NCBI GenBank assembly: GCA_964549765.1
Contig: CAZJWR010000009.1
Coordinates: forward strand, 15,442 to 79,441
Direction of reading: 5' to 3'
From: an uncultured Ignavibacteriales bacterium
GTDB taxonomy: Bacteria; Zixibacteria; MSB-5A5; GN15; JAAZOE01
DNA length: 64,000 nt
Shown: piece by piece, positions 38,101 through 46,122 of the stretch
How positions within the stretch are numbered: position 1 is the stretch's first letter
Layout of the letters: every line of letters begins with the position of its first letter
Made by a program: the position numbers and the translations under genes
The notes under the pieces: generated by a model
The model's input: the letters and a program-made list of their open reading frames with translations, nothing else
Told to the model about the DNA's origin: nothing
Database searches by the model: none

Positions 38101-40169
38101 TCAATAAACGTCTCGAAACCGGTATTCATGTAGGTATATCCGACTTCCTTATCCTCGGTGAAGGTGATGATATCGGGGAGGGCATCGGCATCGAGATCTC
38201 CGGCGAAGACGCCCAGGTTATGATAGCAATCACTGACGCTGGCGGCCTCGCCCACGTCGGTGAAGGACACACCGTCGGAGCGATAAAGACGATTTTGCCC
38301 GTTATTGTTGTTGAGATAGATGTCATCGAACCCGTCGAGGTTGTAATCGAAAAAAGCGGCGCCGTTGCTGAAATCAAAGTCGTTCAGACCGACCGAAGCC
38401 GATACGTTGTTGAGGAAATAGTCGGTAATCTGCACCGATACCACCAGCATTGTCGGGGAATTGATGGCGTCAGGTGTGGTTATCTGAACATGCCCGACAT
38501 ATTGTCCCAATCCGAGTCCGTCGGGATTAACGGTGATTGATAGTGAATCGGGAGTATTGCCGGAAGGCGTATTAACGGTAAGCCACGATGTCGTCGAAGC
38601 GGCGGTCCACGGGATGCTTTCGCCCTTGGCGTCGTAGACGAGCGTCCGCACCGTAACCGGTCCGTCCGAGATGTCTCTCATGAGCGAAATGCCGGAAGGC
38701 GCCAGCCGGATGTAGTTCGGCATTTCACCGGTCTCGAATATGATCAGACGAGAGCCTGCCGATACGCCGGCGGTGTCGACCACCGTGCCGGCGGGATAGA
38801 CGACCCGAACGTCGAACAACCCGGGGCCGCCCGTGCCCAAATGGATCCGCCCGTTGGTACCGGCGTTGAAACCGGATGTCGATGTGAGTTCATACATGGA
38901 CCGAAGGTGGTTTGCATTCCCGAGATACCCTCCGTCATATAGATAAACCTTGCTGCCGATACCGGCGAAGTTGGATACGGTCCCCCGGGGACTGACTTCG
39001 ACGGCGTAATTATTATTCAGATTATTGACGAAGCAGGGGTTCACCAGATAATCGGACTTGGCGATATAGAGATCGAGATCGCCGTCGCCGTCGAGATCAC
39101 CCACGGCGAGACCACCCGCCTTGTCCTGCTGGTTGTCCATGCCCACTTCCGCCGTGACGTCTTGAAAAACACCGCCGCCCAGATTTTCATGGAAGGTCGA
39201 CGATCCGTCCTCATTGGCCAGCACCAAATCGGGGTCGCCGTCATTATCAAAATCGGCAAATACGGCGCCACGGGTATAGCGGAGGGAGGTATTGGCATCG
39301 TCATCGATCGTGAAATGCCCGGAGCCGTCATTCAGATACAAGACATTGCTGTAGGCGAGAAACAGGTCAAGGTCGCCGTCGTTGTCGATATCGGCAAAAG
39401 AACCGCCCAGACCGTACGGCGTACCCTCGATATGAGAGGTGGCATCGCTGAAATGGCCATGGCCGTCGTTGAGATAAAGTGAAGCGCTGCCGCCATTCTG
39501 CCGCGAAATGAACAAATCGGGATCAAGATCATTATCGACATCGGCGAAGGCGGCATGGGCGACGAAACCGATCGAACCCAGCCCGGCCGCGTCATTGGAC
39601 TCTTCGAATTGCATATCGCCCAGATTCCGGAATAAGCGGCCGCCGTAGAAGACATCCAGCAGACCGTCCATATTATAATCGGCAAAAGCACAGGCGTATC
39701 CTTCATACCCATACATGGAGTAAAAGGAGTTGACGCCGGCATCGGAGAATGTCTGGTCGCCATTATTGAGATAGAGCATTCCGGGGCCGGTGCTGCCGCC
39801 GCCGTAGGAATTTTCCGTGAACACGAGATAATCCATCAGGCCGGTGCCGTCCAGATCAGCCGTGGCGATTCCCAGCGTCTTGACTTGGTTGTCGATTCCG
39901 GCGACGGCGCCCACTTCCGAGAAGGTGCCGTTCCCGTTGGACATGTATAGACGATCCGGGGCGCTGGAATAATTCGTCACGACGATATCGTCGAAACCGT
40001 CATTGTTAAAATCGAATATGGCCGTACCCATTGAAAAATCACTCAGGTGTAGACCCGATGCGGGGTCCTGGGCGATGTCGGTAAATGATGCGTTGGTACC
40101 CATCGCCAAGGCCGGGTACAGAGCGGCAAGAATGATAATCACCGCCAGTAAACTTCTCTTCCCTTTCAT
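35124..40169 (-). CDS. Giant secreted FG-GAP/VCBS (CRTAC1/ASPIC-UnbV-like) protein, duplicated module, with cohesin-like, dockerin and T9SS sorting domains
   Basis: Signal peptide [22 protein letters not shown] with GGGAGGA upstream of ATG 40169. Many FxDxDNDGDLD repeats. Two ~555-aa modules (38427-40091 and 36741-38426). The C-terminal modules are listed separately. Confidence 0.85.
   Translation of the reverse strand: [1681 protein letters not shown]
35127..35399 (-). other. T9SS/FlgD-Ig-like C-terminal sorting domain (copy 3)
   Basis: [38 protein letters not shown]...[22 protein letters not shown]. Confidence 0.8.
35811..35996 (-). other. Dockerin (two EF-hand-like repeats) inside the 35124-40169 protein
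   Basis: [25 protein letters not shown]...[26 protein letters not shown]. Confidence 0.7.
35997..36428 (-). other. Cohesin-like domain inside the 35124-40169 protein
   Basis: [49 protein letters not shown]... follows the cohesin pattern: a surface-exposed beta-sandwich with the 'vpV.l.nv..laafqf.l.YD...L' signature. Confidence 0.55.
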
Positions 40170-40568
40170 GATCCGTCCTCCCGGTATTTCGATCATTGAA
40201 ATTTTTTCCTGTCTTGTGCGATAACCCTGCTGTACGTTATTCTTGCGTCATCTACTTAGATGAGAGCCGCGTATGTAGAAAAATACACTATTTTGCCGCC
40301 GGTGCGGAGATTTTTTTAAACCCGCTTTTAAAAATTGGTTCCGGTTGCTATATTTTGGCATGGTGGGAATCCGTGAATTATCCCCAGCAACCGGGTGCGA
40401 TGTTCCCGGCGGCCGCGCAAGCGGATCCAGCCGGACGTTTTCCTGCCTCCAGGAGTCACACCATTTTTCCGCGAATCATGTATCAAAACGGCACAAACGC
40501 GCTCCTTAAATCGAAGGGCGTGGTGTGCCCGACGGACAAGTAGGGGCCGGGACGACAACCGGAAGAGC

Positions 40569-41165
40569 ATGACGAGCAGCAGAGACAAAAGCATTAAGGC
40601 CTTGGTTACCGGCTGTCGAAAGGGCAATAAGCACGATTGGGCCGAACTCATCGACCGCATATCGCCAGCTATTTTTTCGGTATGCTATCGCTTCCGGCTG
40701 GCTCGCGAAGAGAGTTTCGATGTGTTCGGAAAAGTATCCCTTTTGGTTCTCGAAAACCTGGACAGGCTGAGGAACGAAAGCCGGATTTTTGGCTACGTGT
40801 CGACCATCGCCTATCACGAGGCGGCGGCGATGAAAGCGCGCTCCAAACTGGTAAACGAAGCTGAACGCGAGCACGCCGAACACCAAACCAACCTCGATTG
40901 GAGTTCAGCGGCGCAGGAAATGATCGAATTGGACCGAGAGTTGAAAACTCTCTCAGACGCCTTTTATGAATTGCCGACCCGCTGTCAGGAGCTGCTGCGT
41001 CTGCTTTTTTTTGAATCGGAATCGATGTCGTACCGGGATATATCCCGCCGGATGAAAATCCCGGTGTCGTCGATCGGGCCGACAAGAATGCGGTGCCTGA
41101 AGACATTGCGGCAGATCATGAAGGAAAAGGGGGAGAAGGATGAAAAAGATGTCACCGAAGTATAA
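40569..41165 (+). CDS. ECF-type sigma-70 family RNA polymerase sigma factor
   Basis: Region 2-like DWAELIDRISPAIFSVCYRF...FGYVSTIAYHEA. Region 4 HTH LPTRCQELLRLLFFESESMSYRDISRRMKIPVSSIGPTRMRCLKTLRQI. Start chosen at ATG 40569 within ORF 40395..41165. Confidence 0.8.
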   Translation: MTSSRDKSIKALVTGCRKGNKHDWAELIDRISPAIFSVCYRFRLAREESFDVFGKVSLLVLENLDRLRNESRIFGYVSTIAYHEAAAMKARSKLVNEAEREHAEHQTNLDWSSAAQEMIELDRELKTLSDAFYELPTRCQELLRLLFFESESMSYRDISRRMKIPVSSIGPTRMRCLKTLRQIMKEKGEKDEKDVTEV

Positions 41166-41724
41166 AACGGAAAAGCTCATGGCGCATACGAAAAGAAACA
41201 GTAGGAAGAATACGGATCGGAAGAAAATGGGCGCCACTGACAAACAGATGATGTCCGCCATGAACCGGGAACTTGACCGCATGTTCGAATATCTCGAAAC
41301 GGCCGGTGTCTCAGCCGATTCAAGGGTTCTGGCCGATGCCATCTTCGAAAATTTCCAGAAGGGCCGACGCCGACCGGATGGCCGGAATGCATATCTCTAT
41401 TACGACAGCCGGGCCATTCCCCTGCCGGCGGGCGTGAGGCCGTCGCTCATGTCGGAACGGCGGTTGAAATATTCCGCCGGTGATATCACTCTGGAAGTGT
41501 CGATTACGCCGGTCTTTCCGGGACGATTCGAAGTGACCGGGCGTTTTGAGGGCGTTGCTGGGAAAAGCGTCATAAAATCGCACCTTAAGGGACGACGGAC
41601 GCTTAGCGGGGAAACCGACGAGTTCGGTTTCTTTACCTTTTCCGCGGTTGATCCCGGAACCTATTCGCTATACTGTAAGGTGGGAGACGAAGAGGTCATT
41701 GTGCACGATCTCGAACTGCGATGA
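41140..41724 (+). CDS. Hypothetical soluble protein: Lys/Arg-rich N-terminus, beta-sandwich (carboxypeptidase-regulatory-like) C-terminus; candidate anti-sigma/protease substrate
   Basis: AAGGGGGAG SD before ATG 41140. 26-nt overlap with the sigma gene and an ATGA overlap with the CHAT gene. No TM helix and no HxxxCxxC anti-sigma motif. C-terminus FGFFTFSAVDPGTYSLYCKVGDEEVIVHDLEL. Confidence 0.5.
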   Translation: MKKMSPKYKTEKLMAHTKRNSRKNTDRKKMGATDKQMMSAMNRELDRMFEYLETAGVSADSRVLADAIFENFQKGRRRPDGRNAYLYYDSRAIPLPAGVRPSLMSERRLKYSAGDITLEVSITPVFPGRFEVTGRFEGVAGKSVIKSHLKGRRTLSGETDEFGFFTFSAVDPGTYSLYCKVGDEEVIVHDLELR

Positions 41725-44489
41725 ATTTTAAGCAGTTATCAAAAATCGCCACGCCGAAGGCGCTACAGGCGTTTCTCGATCGTCACTATGACGGTGCGAT
41801 CGAGAAATTTTACTCAGCCCTGAACGCTGAATCCGATCGCCTTATTCGGACCGATCTCACGCAAGCCCTGCAACTGAATGAGTGGACAGCCGGGCTGGAA
41901 TCGCTCCTCCCGGATAAATACCGCGCTCAGCTCTATCGCATCTGGGGACGGCATGCTCATCTGTCGGGTGATTATCCCCTGGCATTGAAATTGTACAACC
42001 GAGCCATCGGTCTATTTGCCGCCGTCGGAGATCGCAACAGCCGAGCTCGTGTCCAGAAAGCGCTGCTGGACGTACTCGCGTATTTGGGAAAGTATGATCA
42101 GGCCATCGAGGTCGGGCGGCAATCGCTTCGCTTCTACGGACGTATCAAGGCGACGACCGATTATGCCCAGGTGCTGACCAACCTTGGAAATCTCTACCAT
42201 CGTCTCGACGAAAACAAGAAAGCCCTGCGGTACTACGACCGAGCCTATGAGATTTTCAAACATCTGGATAATACCTATGCCCTGGCTCTGGTGCAATTCA
42301 ATCGGGGTAATATCTATTCGAATCTGAACGAACTGGATAAATCGGAACGGCTTTACCGGCAGGCCGGGAAAATATATCGCTCGCTGTCGATGGAACTGGC
42401 CGCGACTCAGGCCGACTATTCCCTCGCGTATATCGCATTCCTTAAGGGGAATTACAGCGAATCACTCGACGCCTTCTCAAGAACGGGCGAGGAATTCCGA
42501 CGCCTCGGCGATAATCGCTGCCTGGCATTGACCGAGCTTGACCGGGCCGAGGTGTATCTGCATCTCAATCTGTACAGTCAGGCTATCGATGATGCGCTGG
42601 CGGTAGCAGACGAATTCGGGCGTTTGAAAATGTCGTACGAGCAGGGGAAATCGTACTATTTTGCTGCCGCCGGGTATTGCGCGTTCGGTGATTTCACGCT
42701 CGGGGGGAAACAGGCGCGCCGCGCCTTAAAGATTTTCGTACACGAGAAAAACCGAGTCTGGCAGGTATTATGTCGGTTCCTGCTCGCCAAGATAGATTTC
42801 CGGGATGGCCGGCTAAAGAGGGCTCTGAGCAATTTTCGAGACATCGCCGATTTTTATAAACGTCACGGCGATATCAGGCAGTATAACGACGTTCGGCTGA
42901 CCTGGCTGGAAGTGTTGATTGCCTCAAAACAATTCCGCGCCGCCGGACGGCTGTCTGTCGGTATCGGAAAAGTGCGGAGACAACTAACCGGCTATCAGCG
43001 CTTCCTCTACTATCTATTGGTCGGAGATCTCAATCGGGATCGCGGAGATACGGGGACGGCGGCCCGATTTTACCGGCGGGCGATCGGGGAAGCCGAGAAA
43101 CTTCAGGAAACGATTTTCCCCGATGAAATCAGACGCTTTTTCTGGATTGATAAGCTGGCCGCATACAATCGCCTGACGGCCGTTTATCTCGAGAAAGGCC
43201 GGACGCGCCAAGCATTCCGGATATTGGAGAAGGGTAAAGCCGCCCTTTTGATGACAGCCGATTTGCGTCTTCCGGCCGGCCGGCCGGTGCCGTTGTCACC
43301 GTCGCTGGAAGCCGAACGCTTGCGCTTGAAGGCGTTTCTCCGCAAGGCGATCATTCCCGCCGGTACGATGTCGCGCGGCGCCTCGGCTGCTCGCCGGGTG
43401 CAATCGGTTGAAAGACGGCTGTGGAAAATCTCGCGGGCTACCCGTGACAAGAGGCGTACATCCATCGGATCCGATCTTGGCGCCCTTCACGATATTGACG
43501 ATATCCAAAGTATCCTCGGCGACTCCGACGTTGTCGTCGAGTACCTGCTCCGAGAGGAGCTATGCGGTGCGTTTGTCATCGACGCCGATGATTTTGCCTT
43601 TCATGTCCTTGACATCGATGTGGAAGAACTCCGTGGCTTGCTGGCCAGATTCTACTTTCTGATCAACAGCGTTTCGACGTGCGACGACGATCGATTAGTC
43701 ATCAGTGACCTGCTAAGGCGGATTTCAGATAAAATCTGGAAGCCGCTGGAGACCGACTTCGATCACATCAAAAACGTCTATCTTGTTCCCGACGGCATCC
43801 TTGGCCGACTGCCGTTTTCCCTTGCCGAGAACACCGATGGTTCCGCCCTATTCGAACGGTATCATCCGTATATATGTTCTTCCTCTTCGACCCTGGCCGG
43901 GCGGCTGTCATCCAGGCAACCCGCGACTCCCTTCACGAGCGTATCCATTTTGACGGCGGCTTCCACCGATCTTCCCGGTGCATTGGCGGAGCGGGTGGCG
44001 GTATCCCGTCATTTTGCCGGGGCCGATATTCACGACGGGAAGGATGCCACCAGCAGCAACCTTTTCCGATCTTTGGAAAAGCGGGGAGGTTCGGTGCATC
44101 TTGCGGCGCACGCCTCGCAGTCGTACGAGAATCCTCTGTTTTCACAGATTCTGCTGGCTGACGGTCCCCTATATACATTTGACCTGTTCTCGCGCCCGGT
44201 TTCAGCCGAGCTGGTTGTTCTTTCCGGCTGTCAGACCGGTGATCCCGGCCTTCACGGCGCGGGGGAGAATTCTTCGCTGGCCGCGGCGTTCCTGGCGGCC
44301 GGGGCCGGAAACATTATAGCCAGTCATTGGCCGGTGGCCGATGAGATTACCGCAGTTTTTATGGATGCATTTTACGCCCACCTCGACCGCCGTAACTATG
44401 TCGCCGCGCTCCGCGCTGCGATGATCGAAACCCGAAACAAATCGGCCAATATCAAACATTGGGCCGCCTTTTATCTGGCGTGCCGTTGA
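41721..44489 (+). CDS. TPR-repeat / CHAT-domain (caspase-like) protease
   Basis: About 560 aa of TPR units (e.g. AQVLTNLGNLYHRLDENKKALRYYDRAYEIF). C-terminal CHAT domain with His context VHLAAHASQS and Cys context ELVVLSGCQTG. Confidence 0.85.
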   Translation: MNFKQLSKIATPKALQAFLDRHYDGAIEKFYSALNAESDRLIRTDLTQALQLNEWTAGLESLLPDKYRAQLYRIWGRHAHLSGDYPLALKLYNRAIGLFAAVGDRNSRARVQKALLDVLAYLGKYDQAIEVGRQSLRFYGRIKATTDYAQVLTNLGNLYHRLDENKKALRYYDRAYEIFKHLDNTYALALVQFNRGNIYSNLNELDKSERLYRQAGKIYRSLSMELAATQADYSLAYIAFLKGNYSESLDAFSRTGEEFRRLGDNRCLALTELDRAEVYLHLNLYSQAIDDALAVADEFGRLKMSYEQGKSYYFAAAGYCAFGDFTLGGKQARRALKIFVHEKNRVWQVLCRFLLAKIDFRDGRLKRALSNFRDIADFYKRHGDIRQYNDVRLTWLEVLIASKQFRAAGRLSVGIGKVRRQLTGYQRFLYYLLVGDLNRDRGDTGTAARFYRRAIGEAEKLQETIFPDEIRRFFWIDKLAAYNRLTAVYLEKGRTRQAFRILEKGKAALLMTADLRLPAGRPVPLSPSLEAERLRLKAFLRKAIIPAGTMSRGASAARRVQSVERRLWKISRATRDKRRTSIGSDLGALHDIDDIQSILGDSDVVVEYLLREELCGAFVIDADDFAFHVLDIDVEELRGLLARFYFLINSVSTCDDDRLVISDLLRRISDKIWKPLETDFDHIKNVYLVPDGILGRLPFSLAENTDGSALFERYHPYICSSSSTLAGRLSSRQPATPFTSVSILTAASTDLPGALAERVAVSRHFAGADIHDGKDATSSNLFRSLEKRGGSVHLAAHASQSYENPLFSQILLADGPLYTFDLFSRPVSAELVVLSGCQTGDPGLHGAGENSSLAAAFLAAGAGNIIASHWPVADEITAVFMDAFYAHLDRRNYVAALRAAMIETRNKSANIKHWAAFYLACR

Positions 44490-44506
44490 TCGGGAGGAAC
44501 TGCACG

Positions 44507-45895
44507 ATGCGACTGACTCGGATATTGCTTCTCATGCTCATCATTCTGCCGGTATATGTGCAGGCAACCGATATATATGTCGACTCCCAAGTGGTATGCC
44601 GGGTCCGGCCTGGAGCCGATCCTGACACCGTGGCAGCGACGGTAGAAGCACTGGTGACCAACGGCATCGAATCCGCCGAGACGTACCTGTTCCAGTATCG
44701 GGTGCCCGCGCCGGTTGACTCGGTGATTCATCTTCTGATCGACAATCCGGATGTTATCGAGGCACACCCCAATTTCATCATACACATTAACCTGGACCAG
44801 GTCAGTCAGCCATTCGTCGACGGCGATCAGACCAACCAGGCCTTCGTCGACGGCATTTCTCCGGCGCATTATTTTGAACAATACGCCGAGGGCAACCTGC
44901 TCATGGATTCGGCGCATCTTATCAACCGGGGAGAAGGCGCCGTGATCGCTATAATCGACGGCGGGTGCGACAACACCAACCCGGTGTTCCAAAACCGGAT
45001 CGACGATGGCAGTTTCGATTTCGTTGATATCGATTATGAACCATGGGTAAATTCCGGCACGACCGGCAACCACGGCACCTTCGTCGCGGGCATCGCGGCC
45101 CGATGCGCTCCCGATGCTTCTCTGATGATCGTGCGCTGCTTCAGCGCCTCCGGGAGCGGTACCAGTTTCGATATCGCCCACGGTATCTATTATGCGGCCG
45201 AGCACGGCGCCGACATCATCAATATGAGCTTCGGAATGGATCGGTATAACTCGACGATAGCCGAAGCCATCGAAGCGGCATATTACCAATACGGGGTGGT
45301 GTTGACAGCCGCGGCCGGAAATTCCGGATTGGAGTTCGATCGTTTCCCCGCTTCGCATCCCTGCGTACTCAATGTGGCCGCAGTGGATTCCGCCGATATC
45401 AAAACCGATTTTTCCAATTATGGGTTCAGTGTCGCCGTGACCGCCCCCGGGGAGAATATCTATAGTTCGCTGGCCGGCGGCAACGTCTGGGGCTGGTGGA
45501 GCGGGACATCGTTCTCCGCTCCGTTTGTGTCCGGTTTGGCGGCGCTATTGAAATCGATGCATCCGGGCGACCCTCCGTACTCCATAATGGAGACAATGGT
45601 ACGGGCATCCGACAATATTGACGAAATCAATCCCGGCTATACGCTGCTGCTCGGGAGCGGTCGGGTTGATTTCCTGAAGACGATTTATCTACCCGGCGAC
45701 GCCAACGGAAGCGGTGGGGTTAATCTGGGAGACGTTGTTTATCTGGTGAACTACATCTTTAAGAGCGGTCCCGAGGCGTTGCCCCCGGAAAGCGGCGACG
45801 CCAATTGCGATGAAACGGTCAATATCGGCGACGCCGTGTTCCTGATCGATTATATTTTCCGGAGCGGAACGGAGCCGGTTCGTTGTGATTGGTGA
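44507..45895 (+). CDS. Secreted subtilisin-family (S8) peptidase with C-terminal dockerin
   Basis: GGGAGGA SD before ATG 44507. Signal peptide [20 protein letters not shown]. Triad contexts AIIDGGCD (Asp), [11 protein letters not shown] (His) and [17 protein letters not shown] (Ser). Dockerin at 45692-45892: [22 protein letters not shown]...[23 protein letters not shown]. Confidence 0.85.
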   Translation: [462 protein letters not shown]

Positions 45896-46104
45896 GGCGG
45901 CAGTCATGCCGGAAAGCGAATTGGTCCGGCCTGCCGATAGTGGCATGCCTGGTCTTGTGACGAAGAATTCTCAGGCAATCAGAGGCTCGCTTCGGGCTTG
46001 AGCGAAGAGGATAGAGGTTGAGCCGTAAAAGAAATCCGCTTTTTACTTCATATGGTAAATTCCAACTCCGTTGGATCAGTTAGGGGAGTTCGTGTCGGTC
46101 AAGG

Positions 46105-46122
46105 AATGCCGGAGGTCGGGAC
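46105..46122 (+). repeat. Copy A of an 18-nt perfect direct repeat AATGCCGGAGGTCGGGAC, inside an 8-bp-stem hairpin
   Basis: Identical 18-mer at 59670-59687. In copy A it sits between GTGTCGGT (46092-46099) and ACCGACAC (46131-46138). Weaker colinear matches follow; see findings. Confidence 0.6.

Noticed and set aside
40196-40543. ORFs 40196..40543 + (115 aa) and 40328..40660 - (110 aa) in the divergent intergenic region before the ECF sigma gene
   Set aside because: No SD and no recognisable motifs. They overlap each other and the likely promoter region.
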